Assembly: GCA_012295275.1 (NCBI GenBank)
Contig: CM022679.1
Coordinates: 11,842,001 to 11,906,000, forward strand
Direction: 5' to 3'
DNA from: Chrysomallon squamiferum
Taxonomy: Eukaryota > Animalia > Mollusca
DNA: 64,000 bases
Positions within the stretch are counted from its first letter, which is position 1. Each line of letters begins with the position of its first letter. The notes under the pieces are model-generated. The model was given only the letters and a program-made list of their open reading frames with translations, was not told where the DNA came from and ran no database searches. The position numbers were made by a program, and so were the translations under genes. Shown here one piece after another: positions 27,849 to 39,500 of the stretch.

Positions 27849-30800
27849 AATATATACACACACATACACACATGTATGTTGCAGCATCTAGAATTTTATT
27901 GCTGATGGAAAACATCTGATCAAATCTAGGAATATAATAAATTTGATGTTATTAAATTCAGTCTTTTTTTATCAAAATTGTTTTTGCCTTAGTATATATT
28001 AAACGTTAACATAAAAAATTAAATTAAAAGTGATATATTTTAACTTGTAAGTTTGTTCCTGATTGTAGTGGATTGTAGTGTGGGTTTCAACCTGCATCCC
28101 CTCAGAGTTTCAACCTGCATCCCCTGTCTTTTCAATGGATTTCCTACAGCTAATATTAGACTGAGATATTTAATCTTTCAGTGTTGTTTTTAATGTGAAA
28201 AAACATGAATCTTTTGCATTGCAGAAGTTTGTGAGAAGGGACAGTACCGTACAGAAAATAACGAATGTGAATACTGCTTTCTTGGTTTTTATCAACCAAA
28301 GGAAGGACAAGCAGAGTGTATCAACTGTAGTTCAGACTATCTTTACACCACAGAAAACAGAGGGTCAACATCTTTAGAGGAATGCTTAAGTGATTACTTT
28401 CACTGCTTTTTATTTTTTAAATTTATTAATATTATATTTTTAATATTTATTTAGTTTTTTTATAAGTTTGGACACTGTGAATAGGTGAGCTGTTTATGGT
28501 GAATTTAATTAATACATTAATTTTCCATTTTTGAAAACAAAAGAATACAAAACAAAAAACAATTATGCCAAATGCATACACAAACATTATTATTTAGTGA
28601 TTCATATTTAAAGCTTTGAAGAAAGTAATAAGTTGTTATTTTAATGCAGGAGTATGTGATAAAGGCAGCTATCGGCCAGAAACTGACCGTACTGCATGTG
28701 TTGAATGTGAGATAGGAAAATACCAAGATAAAAGTGGACAAACTAATTGTCACTTGTGTGATAACGGCACAACAACTCTAAAGTCTGGATCAACCTCAGT
28801 AGAACTATGCATGCGTAAGTTCTTCTTATACATAGTGTTATTGAATAACCCATTATCTTTGCCAGAAAAAAGAAAATGAATTTTAAAAAGAGTAATGTTT
28901 TTATTTAATATTTCAGTGCATAGCAGAAAATTGTAATAAATTAATAAAGAAAAGAAAAGTCCTCCATTATTTTTGTATTTTTAAATGAAATGCCTAAAGT
29001 GTTGATTCTCAGTAAGTAATATGTCAAAATCAACCATCTGGTTTGAAGATTAAAAATGGTTATTTCTTTTGGACAAACTGCAAATTATGTATTAAACTTA
29101 CTAAATTTGTTATTTCCCAAAATAGGTCATATATGTTTAAAGAGTCACAATAAAAATTAATATTCAAAGGATTATTGAAAATATCTAAATATTAAAAATA
29201 TATCTTTTTGAGTCATATTAAATTAAATTAGTCTGGGAATAATAAATATTTATTCTGAAAAAACATTTGTTATATGCCAGGTTGTGTTACATTCCAGAGG
29301 GATTATCTTCTAAAATACAACAACAAAAAAAGAGAAAAATAAAGTTTGGTATATCAAGTTATATTAACTTGAAGAGGTTAATAGATTTACACAAAGAGGA
29401 GACTTATAATATAACATTTTTTTTTTAACAATAATAATAATAAATAAAAAAATAAAAAAATTATGATGCTTTTATTTGTATTTATATTTCCTTTTAATGC
29501 ATTTTACTTCTTCACACAGCTATTTGTCAACCTGGCAAATATTTGATAAAGAGTAATAAAACCTGTCTGCCCTGTGAACTGGGAACATACAAAGATAAAG
29601 ATGGAGTAGAAGAAAAATGTAAACCGTGTCCTGATAAGAAAACAACAGCAGAGAAGGGAGCAACATCCTCATCCTTCTGCAACTTGAGTTAGTACTTACT
29701 ATTAACATACTGATAATAAATTATGTTTATTAAGTAAAATATATTATCATGAGAGAAATTAAAATCGTATTATCTTAAATGATTAAATTATAGAATTAGT
29801 AGACCTATATTAATTTTAAAAGAAACTTCAATACAATTTGGTGAAACAGTTAAATCATTTATATGCATTGTTTACTGACTGACAGTTAATCCTATGGCTG
29901 TATTTGAGAGAAAATTTGGGGATACAGACCAAAATAAAGTAGTCCATAATAACTGAAAACAGTGAAATCAATAAAATCAATATGTAGTGATTGGAACATT
30001 AAGCAAGCCCTTTATCAGTTTATACACATATGGGTTTGTAGGATTCTAAGTTTAAGTCAGCTTAAATGTGTGTTTTTTTAAATGCATATAAAATTGTAAA
30101 TTATAAAATTGAAAATAAAAAATTATTTTACCAGTACAATTTTTTATTTAGTATTTATCAGTAAATAAATATTAACACAAACAATTATGAGGTACAATTA
30201 AAATTCAACGTATGTGTTAATGCTTGTGAATAAGTTGTGTTTCATGTGAATTAGAATTTAGTAAGTTACATGTAAAATATTTTGAAACTGTAGCTGTTTT
30301 TCTTTTTAAATATGAAGCCTGAGACATAATCAAACGTGTTATATTAGATTAAGTTTGGGTATTTCTGTAGCTGATTGTGAAGCTGGATTCTTTAGAAAGG
30401 TGGGAGAAAAAGGATGCAGTGAATGTCCATTTAATTACTACCAGAATGAAACATCTCAGACATCATGCAAACAGTGTCCTGATGATCATAACATAACAAT
30501 GATTACAGGAGCCAGATCAGTAAAAAGATGTGTCTGTAAGTACCTTTTTTTTAAAGTAGCATAAATATAATTTTTTTTCTTTTTTTATAGTAGAAAAGAT
30601 TCTTTTAATGAGAAAAATGAGTATGTGTATTTTGTTTTTAAATACTACTAATAAAAGTCTTCAAGTATAAACAAACTGTTAATTTGAAAAATATTTATTT
30701 TTGTTAATAATGGAGATGCAATATTAGTTAATTCACTAAATAAATGAAGAACATAAATTGTTTATTCAACCCACACAGTAAGGCAAAATCTGTGGCATAG

Positions 30801-32735
30801 TATTAGAATATTTTTTTTTATGAGTATTTTTCATCTCAAAATGTTTTCTGTTTATTGTATCAGTTTTACTTGTTTCTACATAAAATAATTATTAAACAAA
30901 ACTGCTACTTTTAGAATAAACAACTTTAGCTAAACAAAATTAGTATTTCTGTGAATTTGGACATGATTGAAATAAAAATAGAAACTTGAGACTGACTATA
31001 TCTACAACATTAATAAAGATTATACTTATTTATATAATTTTCAGTTTTAATCATTAGGATTCAGAAATGTTTTTTTCTCAGTGAAAACAAATATTTTCTA
31101 TTTTATAGGCAGCATCATCCTTTGATTTGGTTTAAAAACATTTTAAAAACCTAATCATCTCAAATTAAACTTTTAAGAATTGATCTTTAAAATATATTTA
31201 TGGCAAGTCAATAATTGAATTTTTTTTTTTTTCAGTTGATTGTCCATCAGGAACAGAATATGTAGGACTGATAAATAGTGAAACATGTAGAATTTGTAAA
31301 ATTGGGGAATATCGGAAGAAAGGTGAATCATTCAGTTGCATTATATGTCCTGATGGCTGGACAACAATACAAAAAGGAGCTGACATATGTGTTGAATCAA
31401 AAGGTATATTTTCTGATTTACCTTGAAATATAAGCCCATTTCTGAAAAACACAAAATATTCAACAGAATGGAATCAAGAGATGTACCTACTCTGATTTAA
31501 TTTATGAGGTAGCTGATCACTGGTTGTATTCTTCTAAATGACATTTAAAACTAAAGATGTTAGTAGAGGGTATATATACTGGTGTTCATTCATTGATCAT
31601 CTACCTCAAAAATTGATCTATCTCCATTCAATCATGACTAAAGCTTTTAAAACCTGAGACTATTTCAGTAGTCATAGCAAAAAAGAATTAACAGATGGAA
31701 TAAAAATGAAATTTTGTAAATGTACTAAAACATTCACTCCTTTAACTCTTGTGATAAGTCAGTTGTTGATAGTATTATGAAACTGACATCATAGATTTTT
31801 GGAAGGAGTGAGTAAGGGAGTAGTTCAGACCAGTTATGGTTCTATAAGAATTAAACTGATACAAGTTACTAAAAACATCATTTTCAACTCACATGAACCA
31901 CTTTAATGCAAATTAATTTGGTCAATGTCTAAATTTTCTAGTATGTTAAGTTAAAACACAACAGGTAATGCCAAACTTCAGGCTAATTGGATAGACATCT
32001 GCATCATTTTATATATGTTTGCATATAAACTAGCCTCATTAAATCAGAAGGATTTTTAAACTCTAAATTCACTAGTTAGCCAATCACAGTCAAAAATTTC
32101 TCCCATGTTATTGTAGAATAATAATTAATGTTGTACACTAGAATATGAAAACTTTGTTAGAAACTTTATATTTCTCATTCCTTTTAGTAAACTAGTAAAA
32201 GATTAGATTAAAAGATTAGATCATTGAATCATTTCACTTCAGATAAATGTTTTTTATTGTTATTTTACTTATTAGACTGATAAACTTAAATAACACAACA
32301 AATTTTAAATTACCTTAAAAAGAAACAGTTAAAAAATTAAACAGTATCTCAGCTATTTTAATTTTGATACTTCACAACACAACATAACAGAGGTTAATTT
32401 TTATTTTGCAGTGCCTCAGAAACCTGTTGGATACATCAAAATCAGCATGTCATTTCAATTCAGAGTGGTGACATGTGATAATCAACTACAAGTGATATAT
32501 GTTTTGAAAGTATTCATTAAATTAATAATATCCAGTACCTGTGCTGTTTGGAATGTACAGTGCACAAATATTAAAATAGAAGTTATGTTACTAGTAGCCT
32601 GTAACAGTCGAAGACATCGCAGAGAACTTATTCCTGATTTACCAGTTACTGTAACACTTGAAATTGATAATGTACCGTAAGTCAGTTTTCATTATTTTCA
32701 CTTTTTAACAGTTTTCTTCTTGAACCCATCTAGAA

Positions 32736-32766
<31 letters not shown>

Positions 32767-35616
32767 CCAGAGCAGTGTTAATGTTTGACCTGTTCTGTCA
32801 AACTGCTGCTTCAGTTTTTGAGTACAGAGAGAAATTTATTTCAATGAAATTGCAACATATAAACTTAAGTAGTCATATCTACCTTTATAAATATAATTAA
32901 TGTTATTTAATGATCTTGTTTTTAAAAATGTTTGTTGGAAGAAAACTAGTTTTTAAAATGTTAATGTTGTATAACAAAAATCTGTGAAAATATTCAAGAA
33001 AAAATAATAAGCTTAGTATTGTCTTTAGGAATAGAAAACAAAATCCTAATTTATTAAAATTCAAGTGCAGCATTGGGGAAAATCCCCAATTTGGTGCTGC
33101 ACTTTTTTGGGGTGAATAGAAATACAAGGATTTTTCATATTAATAAATTTTTATTTTTAGCTGTTACACTCATTGCATATAAAGTATCATAAAGAAATTA
33201 ATAATAATTAAGTTTTACTGTGAAAATATGTGATGTGTAAGGTGACATCACTTTGATGATGTTTCATGTGTTTAGCCAGAAATAACCAGGCTTTCGATAA
33301 TTTGGTTTTTTAATCATATTTATTAAAATTTTATCTAAGAAAGAAAGCAAAGCAGTGAATAAATATTTTCTTTTCTTTCAAAATTAAGTAAATAAAAATT
33401 ATTTTTAAGCTGAAAAATTATATTTTTATATTTATTTGTAATTAGAAAGAAATAAAAATGTTGTCCATTGTTTGTTTTCCTTAGTTGAATTTATTGTTTA
33501 TTATTAGGTTGTTTTTTTTTTCACAGTGAAGTTCTAACTAACGGAAGCGTGAAACGTTCTGCTGAAGGAGTTTTTAGAACTGCTTTAGATAAAGAAACAC
33601 AACTGGATACAAAAGAATTGGTAATATTTTAAATGAAGTGAAGTAAATATACTTGTTTTTGTTGCTAAATTGGTGAGTTGCCATTCAACTTTTTAAGCAT
33701 AATTATAAGACATAGAAGAAAAATTTGATATTCAGAAATACTGAATTAATATTTAAGTGATCAAAATAATTATTTCAGAGATGTAGATGAATTGTCAGTG
33801 AAATGTAACTTTTTGTTTTTATTTATGGTCTTAGATATTTTAATTATTATTAGTAGTAGTACTTTGTTCTTATTGAAGAGGTATACATCTTGCTATTTAT
33901 AATATTTCAGGAAATCAATGGTATTTCTTATGACGGCATTACAGAAATAACATTATCAAAATCATGTAAACCTGGATCAGTTTTGGATGAAAATGGTGAA
34001 TGTGGTAAGTATTAAATGTTTTCAAAGGAAAATTGTAATGTGAATAGTGATTAAAAACACTAACATCACATGGACACATATTATGTACAAATGTTTTTAT
34101 AAAATCTTTATTTATGATTTAAGTTTTGATTAAAAGTTTTAAAGGATATCAGCAATACATATGCAACAAATAAATAAAAAATAGAATAAATGTTTCCAAG
34201 ATTTAAGATTTTACTTTTTTTCATTGTTACATTTATAGATATTACTTTTTATCATTGGCCTATATGTAGATAATAACTGTACTCTTTATTAAAAAACATG
34301 GACACACATCCACACATTGGTACATCAAATAGAAAAGTGATTGCTGACTGTATGTTTTATTACAGTCGAATGTCCACCAGGAACAAAGTTTATAAATTCT
34401 ACTTATTGCCTTGAGTGTCCTGAATCAAAAGTGCCTTCAGCAAATGCACCAGAGTGTATTTGTAAGTGTGTTTTAGTTTATAAACATTTTGCCATTAAAA
34501 TAAATAAATTTTTCTTCATAGAATTTTTTTATACTGGGTCTGATTGTTTTGTCCTTAAGTTGAGTTTGATTCCAAACTTGATGATATGTTTCCTCTGAAT
34601 TATTCATGAACAAAATGTAAACATTTGAGAAGAAACTTACTCTACAAAAATTTAGTTGTATAAGTCTGATAAAACTGCTGAGGAGCTACTTTAAATGTTT
34701 CATCTGTCAGCCAGTCTTTGTTTTCTTTAATTAATCTCAAATTTTCACTAGTACAAAATACTGAAAAGAATTCACAAGGATGATTAACACCAGAATCAAG
34801 AAAAAGAAAATATTTTCCAGAATACATATAACTAAGTTGTTGAGCTACTGAAATATCAGCATGCAACAGAAATAGTAGGGCTGATTTGAGTGTCTGAGCT
34901 CAACTGTAATATGCATAATATCAGTGATTAGAAATAAAACAATGTAGACAGATGAAGTCATAGTTAAATTGCTGTCAAAAACTATTGATTTAACTACCCA
35001 TATTTTTAAAGATTTTTATCTATAACTTCAAAATAGATTGCAGTTTGTTGATATTATGATTTTAGTAATACATTATAGTGATTATGACAAAAATATAATA
35101 TTGACAAAATAGGCTAACCTGCACATTTATATAGTTCTCCAAAACATGGCCACCAGGGTTACAAATACATTATTTAGCTAAGATTATAATATTTAGCTAA
35201 GATTATTAATATTCTGATTTTTGGAATAGATTATATATTGTCTTGTTTTGAAATGATGACAATAGTTTTGTATATACTTTTCTGTATTTGCATTAAACTA
35301 TCTCTTTTATTAATATAGCTAAATGCATAGCTGACCCAAACTACTGCCAGAATGGAGGAATTTGTACTGAAGAAACTGCAACTTGCTTGTGTTCTAGTTT
35401 ATATTATGGAGCCCACTGTGAAATTAGAGAAGGTATTAAATAAACATTAAAATTCAGAAAATAAAATGCAGATTGTAGTTGTACCTTATAAATTTCTGAA
35501 ATCTCAATTTATTGTAAAATGCGCAAAACAGAAACATTAAAATCTTTTGCCAATTTGCATTTTCAGCTGATGATGACTGAATTTTTAAGTTTAAACATTT
35601 ATTTGAAAATATCTTT

Positions 35617-35649
<33 letters not shown>

Positions 35650-36542
35650 TTAATTATTATTTTGAAAGAGTTTTTTTTTTTTTGGACAGTATTAGAATAT
35701 GTAAGAATTTTAACTAATCATTGCCAGGATAAAATAAAACAATGAAAATGGTTATGTCTTCTTCTGCACACAGATTTAAGTAGTAACAGCGAAATGGGAG
35801 ATGTTCTTGGAGGTGCCATTGGTGGTGGAGTTGCATTACTTACTGTTTTACTTATTATCACTGGATGTGTAGTGAGGAAAAGGTGAGAAATAAATCCTTT
35901 TTTTATCAGTCTGGTGTATTCATTCTGAACTTTTTGCAGAAGTTCACTGAAAGTTAAAGATAATGTAACTTTCTGAGTATTTGTTTCTTATCAAAAAATA
36001 TAAAATGTGCATAATGGTGTCTTGAAGAATATAATGGTACTATATGCTTTATAATTTTCAGCTTTTTTTTTATTTGATGCCTATTTTCTGTCAAGATAAT
36101 GTTGCTGGTAATGGGTAAATTTAAAATATTGGTGGTGATAATGGAAATTTCTTATTCTTTATGGAATACATTGGTGTTTTCAGTATAGGGTTACTTTTCT
36201 CATGATATTCAGAACTGCTGCTACAGTATAGGTTTATAAAATTATATAGTCAACAAAACGTAAAAGATTATGGATAAAATGATTTCTTTTTTTATTTTAA
36301 ATTTAAGGAATCAAGATAAAAGAAAATTATTAAAATCATCAGGGAGCATCACTTCAGAATTTCCTTCATTTGTGGAGCCCCTGCCATACCTTGCACACAA
36401 AAGTCATCACTTAAATCCAATGTATGACAATATGGAAATGATTGACTACTATAATCCAACCGGAATCAATGCATTTGACACACCACAGTTTATGACTTAC
36501 AGAGATGATGCATTGCCATTAGAAGAACAAGTTCATCCATGA
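376..36542 (+). CDS. Giant multi-exon type-I membrane protein (EGF/PAN/pentraxin/HYR/sushi/ephrin-receptor-like repeats/TM), Uninflatable- or SVEP1-like; 5' part lies outside the window
   Basis: About 47 exons with AG/GT boundaries whose phases join into one open frame from (D)TNLCTNCSGHGSC at 376 to ...EEQVHP-TGA at 36542. The order EGFn-LamG/PTX-HYR-CCP-GCC2_GCC3n-EGF-TM matches the known C-terminal half of Drosophila Uninflatable. Orthology not tested. Confidence 0.9.
1019..1264 (+). CDS. PAN/apple-domain exon (phase 1-1, 246 nt)
   Basis: ttctag|CA...TTGT|gtaagt. Six Cys in PAN-like spacing: KCVVVP...ETCKKNCVQRSDCKVAAFQGQRQLCLLF...KQCT. Confidence 0.75.
7735..8079. repeat. Diverged intronic tandem duplication (~150-bp unit, ~190-bp period)
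   Basis: attttaaatttacatct...ggtactgag.ataatgcattcaagtgga...aacttgtcacag...ttagcacaaata.ttagtttt.aaaattc occurs at ~7752-7889 and ~7946-8079. Confidence 0.85.
8490..11235 (+). CDS. Pentraxin/laminin-G-like domain exons
   Basis: Exons 8490-8655, 10127-10321, 10976-11235 encode DFDLWF...LTVMFWI...GKWNHIAVTWQSDGKYKLIVNG...FMGYISQLTVWRDALS, the typical PTX/LamG motifs. Confidence 0.88.
11589..12756 (+). CDS. HYR domain plus degenerate sushi/CCP exons
   Basis: 11589-11723 (DKVKPSADGCP...) and 12055-12150 (DLFTWGVYSVVYAAFDQERNIGDCRFKVYV) fit HYR. 12568-12756 is Cys-spaced and ends ...INCGVLGTYS...EPPCG, which is sushi-like. Confidence 0.78.
13556..15392 (+). CDS. First SEA-like inter-repeat module (3 exons)
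   Basis: Exons 13556-13778 (phase 1>2), 14395-14479 (2>0) and 15296-15392 (0>1) are in frame. Strand-helix-strand pattern (FTVSIKIKY..C..LLKEKVTSALKTL..SVSASC..VLIEAKLSNL). The SEA label is inference. Confidence 0.7.
15548..31403 (+). CDS. 19 tandem ephrin-receptor-like (GCC2_GCC3) Cys-rich repeats, one per phase 1-1 exon
   Basis: Exons 15548-15709, 16397-16555, 16877-17038, 17399-17560, 17752-17928, 18506-18667, 18978-19151, 19313-19477, 19819-19986, 24765-24920, 25800-25949, 26394-26558, 26903-27061, 27532-27690, 28225-28389, 28650-28814, 29520-29687, 30371-30535, 31236-31403. Consensus CxxGxY...CxxCxxGxYQ...CxxC...TT..GS....C. Confidence 0.92.
20800..20843. repeat. (CA)n microsatellite inside the retrotransposon terminal repeat
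   Basis: Perfect ac run. Confidence 0.95.
21450..21990 (-). pseudogene. SGNH/GDSL hydrolase ORF typical of Ngaro elements (degenerate)
   Basis: LLIVGN.SIVHWA, RGMRWSQL, PPPNSVILQLGLND, ILPCLYW, GGAVIGHP...RTDGVHLS (the DxxH catalytic motif). Confidence 0.8.
22030..23110 (-). pseudogene. Tyrosine recombinase ORF of the element (degenerate, interrupted)
   Basis: N-terminal FIAFLSLQQLSPSIAKTYISRINSWHKL..DPT, then KLLEG..KPII, KNDQRG, ICSV, HYNGKSLTRYQF, and SHSFRIGTATETATRGVPEATIKQWDR* (HxxR box and GRW-like box). Confidence 0.88.
22680..22941. mobile_element. ~260-bp MITE-like insertion nested in the YR ORF
   Basis: Ends are cagggttggattt and aaatctagccctg (13-bp inverted repeat, 11/13 match) around an AT-rich core. 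Removing it rejoins DPT-RHF..KLLEG. No clear TSD. Confidence 0.65.
23180..24730 (-). pseudogene. DIRS-type reverse transcriptase / RNase H (degenerate)
   Basis: Motifs YPNKLDEQELTKGFTEGFKLQYQGPR, VPKNDGDFKVIHHLSYP, LLGKSDIKSAFRLIP, IFLGLEIDT, LQSLIGSVNFACQIVQPG, NITFLKLFPVLVALIIWG, YISGRRNLIAVAIS. Confidence 0.9.
32412..34004 (+). CDS. Second SEA-like module containing a furin-type site RRHRR (3 exons)
   Basis: Exons 32412-32676 (1>2), 33527-33620 (2>0) and 33911-34004 (0>1). Encodes ...VACNSRRHRRELIPDLPVTVTLEIDNVP...CKPGSVLDENGEC. Confidence 0.8.
34366..36542 (+). CDS. Short Cys repeat, juxtamembrane EGF, transmembrane helix and cytoplasmic tail exons
   Basis: 34366-34461 (ECPPGTKFINSTYCLECP), 35319-35432 (CIADPNYCQNGGIC..CLCSSLYYGAHCE), 35774-35882 (VLGGAIGGGVALLTVLLIITGCVVRKR), 36308-36542 (tail with NPMY, stop TGA). 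Confidence 0.88.
34642..34810 (-). mobile_element. MULE/Mutator-like transposase fragment
   Basis: FLFLDSG...SVFCTSENLRLIKENKDWLTDETFKVAPQQFYQTYT resembles the MULE W..DGTFK..P..F.QLYT motif around the first catalytic Asp. Confidence 0.7.
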
Positions 36543-39500
36543 TCTGTTGGCTACCAATCATTACTGATGGAAACTTAGAGCTACTGAAAGGAAAACTGGA
36601 CAAACATAATTTTATAAAAAAATACAAGTATGTCCTCACACCCACCCAAATACATACACAAACATATCAACATACACTCACTAGTTTTATTTACATTAGT
36701 TTTGCCTTTGATAAAAAATATATACAAGTAATCATAAACTCCCCCACAAAAAAAACCCCAAAACAACATTGTAATCTCTTTAAAAATTATAGATAATCTT
36801 TCAGAAAAATGCTTTTGTGTTCATGTATAATTAATATGGAATTTCATTTTTGTTAGATGATCTGTAAATATAATAATAATCTCATCTTGTAACCTATAAA
36901 TTAATAACAAATTTTGGAGTGCTATATCCTAAACTATATTTAATGAAATTTTTTTTTTTTTTTATTTATTTTTATTTTTTTTTGTGTGAGTGTGTGTGTG
37001 TTTAGCTGCATATTTGAACCCTTATACTATGACAGAAGATATTATTAATAATTCTGATATTTTATTGTGACTATTAGTTAGTTGATTGAACCCAAATTGT
37101 AATACAGAGTTAAAAAGGTGTAATTAGTTCTTGGTGGTGGGGTAACATTCCTTATAATTAATCATATGCAATAGTTATATCTAAAAAAGTACTACCTATT
37201 ATTATTATTCTTTTATATTTTATTTTTGTATTAGATTATTTTATATATCCAAGAACTCATAGTCAGTTGAAATATTTAGATGCCATTGGAGATGTCATAA
37301 CTTTAGTTGTTATTGATAATTTTGATATTTCATTAATTGATTAATTGATTAATGTTTTGATCATGTTTTCAACATTGGTGTGTATATTATAACACTGCAT
37401 AATTTCAGTGCTTTCATGCTTTTGTATTCTTTTTTCATCTGGCCATAAGTCAACAGTTCAAATGTCTTTTGCTGTTAGAAAATGTGATTTCTAAAGGCTG
37501 GTTTGGGTTTCACAATAAATAAGATATTGTCAGCTAAAAGCTTACTTGAATTCATCAGTGGGGAAATTAAATTTTGCATTTCATAATATAAAGATAATTT
37601 TTTATTTTAATTCTGTGTATATGTATATGTATGTATTAGCAATTAATAATAAAATTATCTATTTTTCTACCGTTATATTGCTAACAATTTTATTGAATAA
37701 TAAATATTAACACAAATATTAATTCACATTTGTATTTCATTTGTTATAATTTTACATTTTATCAAATTACATATACACATATACTCAGCTACATATGATA
37801 CACATATTTAACTTGCATCTTCAAATTCTTCTATTCAAACAAATATATATATATGAGATGACCTACTGACTAAAATACATCTACTTTCACAAGCTTTAAA
37901 AGAAGCAATGCTGATTTATATTTTTGTTAAACTATATTTTTTTTATAACATATGACCAGTACTGAAAATGACCTGTTTTTATTTTCAAAGCATTAAATTA
38001 AATATTTAAACTGTTTGCTAAATAGAGTATTTTGTTAAAACTGAAAACTGTTCATTAATTAATCCAGCATTTTCCATTTACTTACTTTTTTCCATTTTAA
38101 AAAAGCATAATTAATCCAGCTTTCTCCTTAACAAAAAAATGTACAAACATTATTAATATAAATCAATTTTTTGAGAGTGTCTTGCTTCTGAAAATAAATA
38201 TTTGAGAATATTATACTTTTGTGATAATATTTAGGGATCATTTCAGAAATAATGTCAGGTTTAAAGTTATTTAATTTTTATTTTTTTTTTTTTTTTTTTA
38301 TTATTAGTCTTTATATTAAGTTAGATTCTAAAGCAGACTGAACTTATATATTAATAATTTTAGAAAACAAATACAGAGCCAAACAGGGATGTTGTGTATA
38401 ATATTATCACTTACAGGTTCTGTCTGACACAGTTTATATATACAGAGTCTCCTTCTTTTATTCCAGCTGACAACAATGCCAATTTGTATTATGCCTAAAA
38501 TCACCCAAATATGAGAAAAAATAAATAAATAAAATTTTTTAAAATAAATAAATAAAAAAAAAAATGCACCAACAACATTTTTTTTAACTGTTTGAAAAAG
38601 TATTTCTATAACAAATATGAAGCATATTTTTCATTGGTATCACCAGCTTGCAGTCATGCATGACATTTTAAAGTCAACAGACAGGCTGATTTAGATGCTG
38701 TTGGAAAAGATGACATCATGAAATTGGTTGTTGATATGAATGGATAAGAAAATTATCTTTCTCACATACTAGTAGATTTGTGCAAACAAAAGAAGGATGA
38801 AGATGAACCAGAATGTGTTTTGTTGATTTTTACTTTTGTTACATTAAGAATATTTTATCTACAAATGGAATCTGAAGGAGACTAACTATACCCAACCAAA
38901 AAATGTTGTGGAGAAATAGTGACATTCGTGGATTTTTTAATTTTCAGTATAACTTTCTTATTTTAAAATGTCATGCTTTATTATTATTGTTATTGTTGTT
39001 GTTATTATTACTATCATCTTCATCATCATCGTCATCATCAAACACTGGTCGAAAGTTTATTAGAATACTTTATCTTAAAATTTTATAACCTAGATATTAT
39101 TTTTAAGTCCTTTTTCACCTATATAACACAAGAAAATTCAGTCTCAAAACTTGTTTTTTAACAGGATCAGAATCATGGATGTTTAATTGGCAAAGAAAAA
39201 GATATTTTCATGATCAAGGTTGAAACATCAAATCTGTATGGTTGAGAGATAAATATTACCATTTGCATGTTAAATGATTTAATTATATTTTTAACTATTG
39301 GTAACAAAATGTAAATTTTGCAGGAGGTTTAATTAATTTTCTTTCTCTTTTTTTTTTCTCTTATATATAAACTTTTAGTTATAAACATTAAACACAACTT
39401 CACTACCGCCCACAAACAACAATGTATTTCGTGATAAAAATAGACAAGCCTAAGGGTGAAAAGGTTCAATACCTCTTTCTTTATTGATAGGACGTACAAG

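Noticed and set aside
28084-28126. gtttcaacctgcatcccct repeated twice, superficially CRISPR-like
   Set aside because: Two adjacent copies with a 4-nt gap in a eukaryotic intron; a simple slippage duplication with no spacers or cas genes.
37514-37704. AATAAA hexamers as the poly(A) signal of the big gene
   Set aside because: AATAAA is ubiquitous in this AT-rich DNA, so the true site cannot be chosen without 3' end data.
38414-38466. Minus-strand exon-like segment (GIKEGDSVYINCVRQN) with gtaagt donor
   Set aside because: No partner exons or recognisable homology found.
38640-38890. Coding-looking stretch (DLDAVGKDDIMKLVVDMNG*ENYLSHILVDL), perhaps a transposase relic
   Set aside because: Interrupted and too short to assign a family without a search.
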